Below are positions 1 to 9,300 of a stretch of 64,000 bases of DNA, piece by piece. How positions within the stretch are numbered: position 1 is the stretch's first letter; every line of letters begins with the position of its first letter. The notes beneath the pieces were generated by a model, which saw only the letters and a list, made by a program, of their open reading frames with translations, did no database searches and had not been told where the DNA came from. Source of the stretch: a virus (lineage: Duplodnaviria; Heunggongvirae; Uroviricota; Caudoviricetes). A program made the translations under genes and the position numbers. The stretch spans positions 16,540 to 80,539 of the IMG/VR virus record IMGVR_UViG_3300046327_000158; one strand, given 5' to 3'.

Positions 1-367
1 AGGCACAAGTCTCCAAGAGCTGACAAATCAATCTCTGACTTTATTCCTGAAACTAGGTCATATAAGTCTTCTGTTGTTTCCTCTATGGTAATACAGTCTT
101 GTCCTACTAGGCTAGAAAATGTTGGTACCTCTAGTTCGTAATAAGTACATGTGGCATAAGTTTTTTCTCCACACATGTTTTTGATTTTGTTTCCGCAATT
201 TTTCATCCTTGTCCTCTATTTAGTTTTTTATAATTTTTTGAATTTTTAGATAGTGAAGTTTTAGACTTAGCATGTATGCCAGGTCGACTTACTTTTTTCT
301 TTTCTAATTTTGTAGTTTCGTTTTTGATTTTTGCCATTTTGATATATATGTGTTATTTGTTTTTTTA

Positions 368-1075
368 CTAAACTTGTATATTAAAATTAATCACTGCTCT
401 ATGTTCTTTACCATAAAATGGTTCCACTGAGTGTATTATATCATAAGGCCAAATAATCAGCATGCCTTTTTTAGGTCTTATATAATATTTCATTCCTCTG
501 ACATGAAAAGCAAATACTCCGCTATATGGGTGATCTTGTATAGGTTCGCCATCAGATAAGTAGTAGCCTCCCGAAAACATGATTGGCTTAGCTTCTTCAT
601 GGTGCCATCTGCAATGGTTATGTGCATTATGCCCTCTTCCTGAGAATGGATCATAGTACTGTAACCAACTTTCTGTTATGATTGGCTTACCTTCTACTTC
701 TAGCTGCATTGCTTTTAGTAGTTGTAAAAACCCTCCCTCTATTCTTCTTCTTATAACTTGTACATCCTCATCGGGATTATCTAAGAAGTTATTTGGTGGT
801 GTGTAGAACCTACTTCCTATTGGAGGAAATTCGTGGTCTTCTACCCACTGATCTTGTCTATCGTAATTAATATCATAATGACCTTGTCTTTCTGTATCAT
901 ACTGCTTTGGTAACTCTTGCCCCATTCTCTTTTGAGTATCTGTAAGAGTCTCTAATCCTAGCTTGTATACTTTATCAGTCAACACATCTTCGTAAACTCT
1001 CTGGTATACTGGTATTGGTGCTAATTGAAAGATGTGTTCATCTTGTGTCTCTATAAGAGGTTTTTTAAAATGCAT
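368..1075 (-). CDS. putative 2OG-Fe(II) oxygenase-like (prolyl-4-hydroxylase-type cupin) protein
   Basis: 235-aa ORF, last gene of minus-strand operon; C-terminal pattern ...IIHSVEPFYGKEHRAVINF resembles the second-His / Arg (H..V..G.R) motif of 2OG oxygenases, with a His-rich segment HNAHNHCRWHHEE upstream. Confidence 0.4.
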   Translation of the reverse strand: MHFKKPLIETQDEHIFQLAPIPVYQRVYEDVLTDKVYKLGLETLTDTQKRMGQELPKQYDTERQGHYDINYDRQDQWVEDHEFPPIGSRFYTPPNNFLDNPDEDVQVIRRRIEGGFLQLLKAMQLEVEGKPIITESWLQYYDPFSGRGHNAHNHCRWHHEEAKPIMFSGGYYLSDGEPIQDHPYSGVFAFHVRGMKYYIRPKKGMLIIWPYDIIHSVEPFYGKEHRAVINFNIQV

Positions 1076-1076
1076 C

Positions 1077-1883
1077 CTAGATGTGTTTTAAGTATATGTC
1101 TTTTTTTGCTATTGCGTTGACATACTTGTTTATTTTTATTACAGCATCTTGTTTTGAATCTTTGTTGTATATTCTTACGTCATCTGATGTACCTTGTAAT
1201 ACTTTAGGTTCATACTTATTTATGTATTCATCTAATGTGCAATTGGCCCAGATATAAAATGAATGTTCTTCTATACAATTCAATACGTTATTGCTATCTG
1301 CTATATCAATCAACTCTTTGCCTAAGCTGCTTCTTCTAGAATACACAAACCCAAAATTAGGGCTTACTAACATTTCATTATGTTTCCAGCTGTATTTTCT
1401 CAACTGGTCTTCATGTGACTTAACGTATTCTTTTAAGTTGTCCGTTAGTTGTAAAGGACCCCATGGTGTGCTCTCGTCTATCATATCAATTATACCTAGT
1501 CCTTCTTTATCAGGGTAAGCATATATTGGTATTTGTACTTCGTTTCCTTTTTGCAAGTGGTTGTAAAAATTACTATCAAAAGGTCTTAGTGGAAAACAGT
1601 CCCAATCTAAAAAAATATACTCTTTGTGCAAAACTCCTGCTACCTTTATAGCTTCTAGTTTATGCATGTAATGCTTATGTAGTGTTGAATACTTTTTATC
1701 AGTATCTTCTATAGATAAACATTTTACATTGTATCCTAATGCTTCTAAATACTTTTTGTTATTCGACCCCCATACAATTACTGTTTCGTTTTTGAATAGT
1801 GGTTTAGGTGGCACTTCTGATAGTGTTCTTTCTTGGTTACCCCATAAAGCTCTTACTATTGGTATCTTATTATCTATCGCCAT
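1077..1883 (-). CDS. putative glycosyltransferase-like protein (DxD-type motif FLDWD)
   Basis: 268-aa ORF; stop/start adjacent to flanking genes; DxD-like FLDWDCF motif; no signal peptide. Confidence 0.4.
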   Translation of the reverse strand: MAIDNKIPIVRALWGNQERTLSEVPPKPLFKNETVIVWGSNNKKYLEALGYNVKCLSIEDTDKKYSTLHKHYMHKLEAIKVAGVLHKEYIFLDWDCFPLRPFDSNFYNHLQKGNEVQIPIYAYPDKEGLGIIDMIDESTPWGPLQLTDNLKEYVKSHEDQLRKYSWKHNEMLVSPNFGFVYSRRSSLGKELIDIADSNNVLNCIEEHSFYIWANCTLDEYINKYEPKVLQGTSDDVRIYNKDSKQDAVIKINKYVNAIAKKDIYLKHI

Positions 1884-2853
1884 GTTTCTCTTCGTTCCAA
1901 TATTTAAAAAGCCTAAGATTGTATAAGTAATTTTTTCCTCCTAAACTATGTATCTCATCGTAGTATCTTTGGCATTCTGCTTTTTCAAAATCTTTGTCTG
2001 ACTTAAACACCACTTTTGCTAACCATACATGTTCCCATTCTAATAGCCCTTTGTTCAAGTCGGCTCCTTGTGGGTAGTACCATTGCTCAGATAAGCCTTT
2101 ATACCTTGTACCTTTGTTACCGTAATCACTATCTGCAAGAAATACTTTGTCTGTTAGAGTGTTTGTATTATAGTTCCCCTCTCTAATAACATGTCCTAGT
2201 ATTCCTTGATCAGTTGCTAACCAAAACCATTCCGGTACTTCTTGTCCTTCTGTCTTTATTAGCTTCTTGTGCCAGCTTACATATTCGTTTACTATATCTT
2301 TATTATTAAAATACAAAAAAGATGTGTTTGGTGAATATGCATTTACATTGTAATCCTTAGGAAAATCAATATGCTTTATTTCTTTTTTCCAATCTTGCTC
2401 TCTAAAGTAATAGTAACCTCTTGGTATTTCCCAGTGTCCTATTCCTAAATCATTTTCGTAGAACTTCTGAGGTATCTTTCCTCTTATTATAAAGTCTTGA
2501 TCTAGAAATACAAATGGTTCTTTTTCATTTTGTAAAGCTTGTATCTTACCACTAGTCCAAAAATATGCAGCATCTACTTCTTTTAAGTTGTCTAAAAAAT
2601 CAGTGTCTACTTCATCATACAGACTAAGTAATCCCCACATCTTGTATGCACTTAAACCTATAGAATCTGTGTAAAGTTTGATAGGCCCATTGTGTAACTT
2701 CCATCTTAGTGCTGACAGTATTATATACAGTAATTGGTAATCAGGTATGTCATAAGTGCTAGAGGTAATATTTCTTGTGGTATCAAACCCGTGACCTCTA
2801 AGTCTTTCTTTGTTAAAGAAAGGTGCTGTCCAATTTACATGTATCGCTTTCAT
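1870..2853 (-). CDS. putative DxD glycosyltransferase-like protein, paralog of 2856..3743
   Basis: 327-aa ORF; N-terminal W.APF...YQLLYIILSALRWKLH and FLDQDF motifs shared with neighbour. Confidence 0.4.
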   Translation of the reverse strand: MKAIHVNWTAPFFNKERLRGHGFDTTRNITSSTYDIPDYQLLYIILSALRWKLHNGPIKLYTDSIGLSAYKMWGLLSLYDEVDTDFLDNLKEVDAAYFWTSGKIQALQNEKEPFVFLDQDFIIRGKIPQKFYENDLGIGHWEIPRGYYYFREQDWKKEIKHIDFPKDYNVNAYSPNTSFLYFNNKDIVNEYVSWHKKLIKTEGQEVPEWFWLATDQGILGHVIREGNYNTNTLTDKVFLADSDYGNKGTRYKGLSEQWYYPQGADLNKGLLEWEHVWLAKVVFKSDKDFEKAECQRYYDEIHSLGGKNYLYNLRLFKYWNEEKHGDR

Positions 2854-2855
2854 AA

Positions 2856-3743
2856 TTATACATTTTGTATAACTTCTATTTTCTGTTTCAGCTCCTCTAC
2901 GTTTTGTAGCTTTGTCGATTTAATACATCTGTATAGAAATTCTATCTCTTGATTGTAATCAAACCCTTCCTGATTTTCCTTAATACGAGTTTTATCTAAC
3001 CCATAATGCTTACAGTACTTTTCTATTTCTCTGTGTCCCCAAATACCGTTGTCTACTTCATCTAACGTGTACTTTATACTTTTGCAATCCCAAATATTTC
3101 TACATAGAGCCTTATGTGGTATCTCTCTTTTACTTAACCATTGTTTGAGCATTAATTGCTCAGATAGTATCATATAGTTTGCAGATAAGTCATGGATGTC
3201 CATTGCTGATATCTCTATGTGATTTTGTAAAGTCTGGTTTGCGTATTCTCTAGCAAATTCAGGGTCCGGTAAATAAAATAAACTTACATTAGCTGCTAAA
3301 TCATTTACGTACTCTATAGGTTTTGAAAGAGCTCTATTAGCTTTGTTGTTTTCCTTTGGGTACCAGTTGTTTGATTTTTCATTGTATGTAAATACTAGCT
3401 CATCTTTTAAATGTTCATCTATATTTGTATAGATTAAAAAATCATGATCTACTATTACTAATGGTATCTTAGTGTTGCTTATAACTTTTGTTTTACAGCT
3501 TGACCAAAACACTTTTCTATTTATTTTTTCTGGATAAGATAAATGTCTTACCTCATTCCACAAATTAATAACACCTAGCTTAGATAATACATTATTTGTC
3601 ATTCCATCACAGTACAAAACTGTTTTGTGTGCTGGATGATGCTTCCTCCATAAAGAAATAGATGCTACTAATATAAGTAACTCTAATTTGCTATAAAATG
3701 TTTCATCCCCCTTTACATTTTCTAAAACCCAAATTGATTCCAT
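2856..3743 (-). CDS. putative DxD glycosyltransferase-like protein, paralog of 1870..2853
   Basis: 295-aa ORF; LELLILVASISLWRKHH and IVDHDF motifs parallel the neighbour. Confidence 0.4.
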   Translation of the reverse strand: MESIWVLENVKGDETFYSKLELLILVASISLWRKHHPAHKTVLYCDGMTNNVLSKLGVINLWNEVRHLSYPEKINRKVFWSSCKTKVISNTKIPLVIVDHDFLIYTNIDEHLKDELVFTYNEKSNNWYPKENNKANRALSKPIEYVNDLAANVSLFYLPDPEFAREYANQTLQNHIEISAMDIHDLSANYMILSEQLMLKQWLSKREIPHKALCRNIWDCKSIKYTLDEVDNGIWGHREIEKYCKHYGLDKTRIKENQEGFDYNQEIEFLYRCIKSTKLQNVEELKQKIEVIQNV

Positions 3744-3746
3744 AAA

Positions 3747-4205
3747 CTAGTAAAATTGTGCATACCATACTGTGCTTATATAACCATCTGTCGGATATAT
3801 ATTTACATTGTTAGCACTTGTGATTAGTGTTCCCCCTGAAGGTAGTGTATACCACCCTTTAAAACTGTATCCGTATGTAACATTGCATTGAATGCTTATG
3901 TAGTTATATGCTCCTGAAAATGATTGTCTATTGTGTCCTATAAGACCTGTCCCTGAAGAGGTTTCGCTCCATGGATAAGTTATAGATACAGATCCTTTTG
4001 TTGAATTACTAGAGGCTATATTAACCCAATACACATATACACTTGGAGCTCCTCCGTAATAGTTTATATTCAAACTACTTAATGCACGATTTGGGTAAGT
4101 TGCAGAACCAAAAATACCACTGAAGCTACTAGATGTCCTGTTGGTGTATTGACCAAAAGTTGATATTAGTCCTCTATTGTTGGCCGACATTGCTACTCTT
4201 CCCAT
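3747..4205 (-). CDS. hypothetical Ser/Thr/Gly/Tyr-rich protein (fibre-associated?)
   Basis: 152-aa ORF immediately downstream of tail-fibre genes; composition like beta-rich receptor-binding domains. Confidence 0.5.
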   Translation of the reverse strand: MGRVAMSANNRGLISTFGQYTNRTSSSFSGIFGSATYPNRALSSLNINYYGGAPSVYVYWVNIASSNSTKGSVSITYPWSETSSGTGLIGHNRQSFSGAYNYISIQCNVTYGYSFKGWYTLPSGGTLITSANNVNIYPTDGYISTVWYAQFY

Positions 4206-4738
4206 TATAATATATCTATTATGTTTTCGCTTCCAAACATTTCACTATACACCTCTTTCAGTTTGCTATAGCAGAAGTCGTATATACTACCTGTAATAGA
4301 TCCTATGTCTAAAAGTGTCTTTGTTATTTCTCTAGTTTCTGTTGTGATAGTTTCAAACCATTCTTCTTTTTGCTTAACTATCTCGTTACCGTCTTCATCA
4401 AAATCTATGTAGTCAACCATCTCTGAGTGCCACTTAGATACTGGGTAGTGCTCTACTATAACTTCCGGAGTGTGTATGTTAAAAGAATACCACATTGGAT
4501 ACTCTTTAGTCTCTCCGTTGTATGTCATTGTTGTAGCAACTCTCCCGTAAGGGTTTGGTGTATCTTCTAAATATTTAGGGAAGTTTGCATTAGCAGCTTC
4601 TGTAGATTCATAATGTGCGAATGACACACCAATAGTACCTCTTAGTTTATCTAATTGATAATGTTCTATTCTTACATAGAACTCCTCTAAATGATTACCT
4701 TCAAATGTCTCTATTGGTTGTTTTACTATAAATCCCAT
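4205..4738 (-). CDS. hypothetical protein
   Basis: 177-aa ORF, ATGA start/stop overlap with neighbour. Confidence 0.5.
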   Translation of the reverse strand: MGFIVKQPIETFEGNHLEEFYVRIEHYQLDKLRGTIGVSFAHYESTEAANANFPKYLEDTPNPYGRVATTMTYNGETKEYPMWYSFNIHTPEVIVEHYPVSKWHSEMVDYIDFDEDGNEIVKQKEEWFETITTETREITKTLLDIGSITGSIYDFCYSKLKEVYSEMFGSENIIDIL

Positions 4739-4749
4739 TTGTTATTTTT

Positions 4750-5118
4750 TTAAGGTGTTGGTTCAATAGTTACTTCTTCTTCAACTGGTGGAGCCCATGG
4801 TGATGTTGTTTCAACATACTTAGGTGTTATCTTAGCTTCTATCTGTTTTGCTATACGCTCTTGCATATGGGGTTTGTCAGCTGTAGCTTCTAACCATGCA
4901 GTTACATCTTCTGGAGTTAGTTCTTCAAAAGGTTTATAACTTTCAGTGTTAGGTGCTGGCATTGGTGTTACCCCTGCAAAAGTACCTTCATTACCTTCTT
5001 CATCTACTCCAACGTAGTTGTATCTTACTCTAGTAATTACTTTTTCTAATCCATTTAGTTCTGGAGCTATCTCCAGTTTCATCGTGTTATCTGTTAAAAA
5101 TGTGTAAGTGATTGCCAT
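4750..5118 (-). CDS. hypothetical protein
   Basis: 122-aa ORF directly after large fibre gene. Confidence 0.5.
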   Translation of the reverse strand: MAITYTFLTDNTMKLEIAPELNGLEKVITRVRYNYVGVDEEGNEGTFAGVTPMPAPNTESYKPFEELTPEDVTAWLEATADKPHMQERIAKQIEAKITPKYVETTSPWAPPVEEEVTIEPTP

Positions 5119-5119
5119 T

Positions 5120-8100
5120 TTACTTATTTGTTAATTGGTTTATTAATTGTTTTAGTTCTTCTATTTGAGTTTGTTGTTCTTTTATTGCTTCTATAAGCAA
5201 AGGTACAATTCTTTCATACTTAATTGTTAGATAATTTTCTCCGCTTTTACTTATTCCATTTCCTTGCTCATCATATCCATCTAAGTCAAAAGGAGCAATT
5301 GTTACTACTTCTGGTAGTACTGCTTGTACTTCTTGAGCGATTAACCCAGCATGTACTTTATAAGCGTTTTCGTTTAATAACTCTTGACCTAACTCATTGT
5401 GTTGATAAGTATATCCGTTTAATGATTTTACCTTCTCTACTGCATTATCAATTGAAACTAAATTGTGCTTCAATCTTCTATCTGAGTAGTATGCTGTTAC
5501 ATCTCCTGTAAAATACCCATTACCTATTCCATAGTTTCCTCCACTAGCACTAAGTCCTACTAATGATGATCCATTTATAACTTGGAAGTTCCAAGGAGTA
5601 CTTATACAGTTAACCAATACTCCGTAAGATTCCTGTATTCTTACTGTCGTACCTGATCCTGGGAAGTATATAGCACCGTTTAGTGATATATCAGCTACAG
5701 AAGAAGTTCCTGCTGGATCTACATATCTTCCTGTATTGTTAGAATCATAGAAGATAGGGGACCTAAAAGAATCAGTAGCATATACATCCCCTCCAGTTCC
5801 TATCCAAAATTGAGACCATCCACTACCCCCAACTCCATAGTGTGGATTACTATTATTATCAGCATAACCTATACTAAATACTCCAGGGTTTGTATTAGCA
5901 ATACCCATACCCCATCTTCTATAACCTCCGCTGTTTAAGTTACCAGACATAGATATTACGGCCCCATGTGTTGTATTACCATTATTTGATAGAGCATTTA
6001 CGTATAAACAAGGGTAGTAATCAGCATTAACCGCTAATTGCTTTCTAGGGTCATCACTATATACTCTTGAAGTATCATTTGTTCCGACTATTAACGAAGC
6101 TCCACTTGATGCATCAGATATTCTTAATGAACTTAAATAGCTTATTGAGCTAGGATCTACGTAATAACCCGTGTTATTTGAATCGTAAAATACAGGAGAT
6201 CTTACACTTTCATTATTATAAAGTATCCCATATGTTTTTATAGAATCAGAGGCCTCTAGCCTTAATACAGAACTAGAGTGTGTTGGATATCCAGAAGCAT
6301 ATAATCTTACACCTCCATATCCTGGGTATCCAGATATAGATACACCAGTGTGCCAGTTTATACCAAATCCAGCCATGCCAACGCCAGGTCTTGAATCCCA
6401 GGTTGATATTGGACCCATACCGCTAATTGCGTTTCCGTCATAAGGCATGCTAAATGCTGATGCAGCTGATCCACTAACGCTTCCGCTTATTGTATTCGCT
6501 ACAGTTAGTCCAGATAGATTACTCGTTGATGCTGGGTTTAGGTAATAACCAGTATTATCATCATCGTAGAAAATTCTACCGTATACATTACCAGCTTGTA
6601 AATCTCCTAAATTAGAGGCTCCACTAATATATCTTCTTATACTAACGCCTGTAAAATTACCATTTGTTGCGTTTGATTGTCTTTGTCCAAAATGAGCCCA
6701 AGTATTGTTATTTGATCCACCTGACGGTAAATATAATTCAAATGTTTGTGTCCAGTCATGTGCGTTGGCAAATACAAACCTACCGTTTGGTCTCATATAC
6801 CAAGTTGAATCACTTGAGTAATCAGCTATTGTTCTGTAATTTCCTACTGTATAGTCTCCAATACTATTTGAATCCATTACTCTATAAGCTCCTTCATTTT
6901 GGTAAAAGAACCCGTCTGCGTATGGATGTATTTGCCCTCCAGAGTATGCCAATGCAAATTCCCCACCGTCTGGTGATGTTGCTCCACGTAATCTAGTGGA
7001 AGAAGCTAAAGAAGCTGGCTTCCAGCTACCTTCTAAAGGCCATTTTGTTGAATCGGTTCCACTAACTGTCCAACTTCTATTAGCTGACAAATCGTAAGAT
7101 GTACCATTAATAGTTATTGTTCTTGCTTGAGGCACATATCCAGCTGAAGCGTGATTACCCCAAGAGTATGCTGTATTCCAGTTAGTAGAATTATTAGTAA
7201 AATTACCAGAATCCCAAACTTGTCTCCACGCTTGTGATGAATTTATAGCTGTAGCACTAAAGCTTCTATAATACATACTACCATTAGAACTAAATCCTAA
7301 CTGACTATTATATTCTCCAGGATGTCTGTTAATATTTAAAATAGCATTAGAATTATCAGTAGCAGGCATACCTAAAAGAGCAGCTCCTGTACTAATTTGT
7401 CCTGTAAATATTATTCTGTCTGTTCCAGGATGTGTATCTGCATTACCACCATCACCTAAAAAAGTATTTGTTTCTGAAGTCAAGTACCCTGCAGAAGCAT
7501 GATTACCCCATCCAAAAGCTGTATCCCAGTTTGTTTTATTATACCCTGATGCGGTTAAAGTACCAGAAACAGTTAAAGCTCCTGAAACTTCTGTATCCCC
7601 AGTAAAGAAATGTTTACCATCCCCTCTGGCTAAATACTTTGTATTATTTGAAGCATCAACAAGTCTTAATATATCTGAGCCAGTCCCAAGGTCACCCCCT
7701 TTTAAGTATGTTCCGTATTGACCACCTGCTACATGAAATTTGTAAGAAGAGCTTGAACCCCCAACATGGATATTACCGTTTATGCTAATACGCATCGCTA
7801 CAGTTGCTCCATTATTTGTTGTGAAATCAATTCCGTTATATCCAAGTAACTCTAACGCGTCTCTGTTTGCTGTAACAATAGCTTTTGCTCTAATACCTAC
7901 GTTTGTACCATCTGGTATTCCAGATCTAAAAGATAAAACATTTGTAGCTGTTTCAAAACTAGGTATAATTAATGATCCTACAGTTATGTTAGATGTTGTA
8001 GTGTTTCCTCTTCCTGTAACTGTTGCTAATGTATCCGTTTCTGTAAATGTTCCTCCTGTAGAAGATATAGTGCCCCCACTAATGGTTATTCCTGAACCTG

Positions 8101-9277
8101 CTGTAATTACAGAACCATCAGCAGCTAATATTTGAGCAGACGTTCCTCCTGATTTAACAAACTTATTAGCTGTTATATCATATAAGTTTGATGAGTCTGC
8201 TGGGTTTAAGTAGTAAGCTGTATTATCAGAGTCGTAAAATATTGGAGCTCGCATGTCTCCACTAGCTGTAACACTACCACCTGAGCTAACTCCTAATTTT
8301 TCAGAGCCGCTAGTTGTAAATGAGTATCCTGTTACTGCTTGTCCCCAAGATGGGTTAAATACTAATTGATTTGATGTATTTACTTTAAATATAGACAAAG
8401 GTAATCCATCAGCTCTATAGGAAATAAATTGTTGGTTGTTCCCTATGCTTATAGCACCTCCACTTATTTTAAGCTTTGCGTAGTTATCATCTGTAGTTGT
8501 ACCAATAAGTATATTAGTACCATTATCGTATATTAAGCTATTACCTAATGTAGTTGCTCCTGTAAACTTAGATATGTAGTTTGCTGTACCATTTGCATTA
8601 GCTGGTGTATAACCTAGCCAACCTGCAATAGTTTTATTAACCCATAGGGTACCATTGTAACCTAAGATATGTCCATTAATAGGAGTTGTAGTTTTTAAGT
8701 CTGCGTCATGTAGCTCATCGAGCTCAAAACCGTTTTGTACTTTTACAAATATTTCTCCGTTATTAGTATTAGATCTAGTAACAATACCAATGAAAACTAA
8801 ATGTGATGGTGCGTATGGTTTGTTTACTATACCATATATTAAGTTACCTCCAGTACCTAACCATACAGGATCTCCTGCATTAGCTGTACTTGTATTTAAT
8901 CCTGCAAGTAATCCCTCTGCTATTACATTACCAAAACCGTTGATTGCAACTGTTGAGGCCATTAGCCCCATTGTCTTAGAAGAGCTTACTTCAGCTGCAT
9001 TTGAAGCTAGTCCAACAATCATGTTAGTACCATCTGCTCCTGTTACATAAACAGCTTGCCCTTTATTGATAGCGACACCTGCTTTTACTTGGTGTTGTAT
9101 GTTAGATGCTACTCCAGGAGCTACACCTAAGTCAGATAGCATTTCTGAACCTGTTCTATACTTAACAACGCCAGCATCAGATACTAGAAACTTGTCTGTA
9201 TCTGATGTAGCGTTGGTTATGTCGCCAATTGTAGCGTTACCTTTTATATCTAAATTTGAATATATTTTTTGAGACAT
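5120..9277 (-). CDS. large tail fibre / tailspike protein with C-terminal intramolecular chaperone domain
   Basis: 1385-aa ORF, G/S/T/N/Y-rich beta-type composition, internal repeats, C-terminal ...YYSDRRLKHNLVSI... S74-type auto-cleaving chaperone signature. Confidence 0.8.
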   Translation of the reverse strand: MSQKIYSNLDIKGNATIGDITNATSDTDKFLVSDAGVVKYRTGSEMLSDLGVAPGVASNIQHQVKAGVAINKGQAVYVTGADGTNMIVGLASNAAEVSSSKTMGLMASTVAINGFGNVIAEGLLAGLNTSTANAGDPVWLGTGGNLIYGIVNKPYAPSHLVFIGIVTRSNTNNGEIFVKVQNGFELDELHDADLKTTTPINGHILGYNGTLWVNKTIAGWLGYTPANANGTANYISKFTGATTLGNSLIYDNGTNILIGTTTDDNYAKLKISGGAISIGNNQQFISYRADGLPLSIFKVNTSNQLVFNPSWGQAVTGYSFTTSGSEKLGVSSGGSVTASGDMRAPIFYDSDNTAYYLNPADSSNLYDITANKFVKSGGTSAQILAADGSVITAGSGITISGGTISSTGGTFTETDTLATVTGRGNTTTSNITVGSLIIPSFETATNVLSFRSGIPDGTNVGIRAKAIVTANRDALELLGYNGIDFTTNNGATVAMRISINGNIHVGGSSSSYKFHVAGGQYGTYLKGGDLGTGSDILRLVDASNNTKYLARGDGKHFFTGDTEVSGALTVSGTLTASGYNKTNWDTAFGWGNHASAGYLTSETNTFLGDGGNADTHPGTDRIIFTGQISTGAALLGMPATDNSNAILNINRHPGEYNSQLGFSSNGSMYYRSFSATAINSSQAWRQVWDSGNFTNNSTNWNTAYSWGNHASAGYVPQARTITINGTSYDLSANRSWTVSGTDSTKWPLEGSWKPASLASSTRLRGATSPDGGEFALAYSGGQIHPYADGFFYQNEGAYRVMDSNSIGDYTVGNYRTIADYSSDSTWYMRPNGRFVFANAHDWTQTFELYLPSGGSNNNTWAHFGQRQSNATNGNFTGVSIRRYISGASNLGDLQAGNVYGRIFYDDDNTGYYLNPASTSNLSGLTVANTISGSVSGSAASAFSMPYDGNAISGMGPISTWDSRPGVGMAGFGINWHTGVSISGYPGYGGVRLYASGYPTHSSSVLRLEASDSIKTYGILYNNESVRSPVFYDSNNTGYYVDPSSISYLSSLRISDASSGASLIVGTNDTSRVYSDDPRKQLAVNADYYPCLYVNALSNNGNTTHGAVISMSGNLNSGGYRRWGMGIANTNPGVFSIGYADNNSNPHYGVGGSGWSQFWIGTGGDVYATDSFRSPIFYDSNNTGRYVDPAGTSSVADISLNGAIYFPGSGTTVRIQESYGVLVNCISTPWNFQVINGSSLVGLSASGGNYGIGNGYFTGDVTAYYSDRRLKHNLVSIDNAVEKVKSLNGYTYQHNELGQELLNENAYKVHAGLIAQEVQAVLPEVVTIAPFDLDGYDEQGNGISKSGENYLTIKYERIVPLLIEAIKEQQTQIEELKQLINQLTNK
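5123..5485 (-). other. peptidase S74-like intramolecular chaperone domain of tail fibre (aa 1265-1385)
   Basis: SDRRLK(H)N motif followed by about 120 aa ending in a coiled-coil, as in endosialidase/T5 L-shaped fibre C-terminal chaperones. Confidence 0.6.
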
Positions 9278-9300
9278 GTTGGTTTTAGTCTATTGGGTTA

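Noticed and set aside
5224-9272. Plus-strand ORFs (5224..5511, 6664..6996, 7782..8135, 8790..9050, 9066..9272) antisense to the tail-fibre gene
   Set aside because: They are low-complexity translations of the reverse strand of a 4.1-kb ORF with strong coding character. They have no promoters and no independent support.
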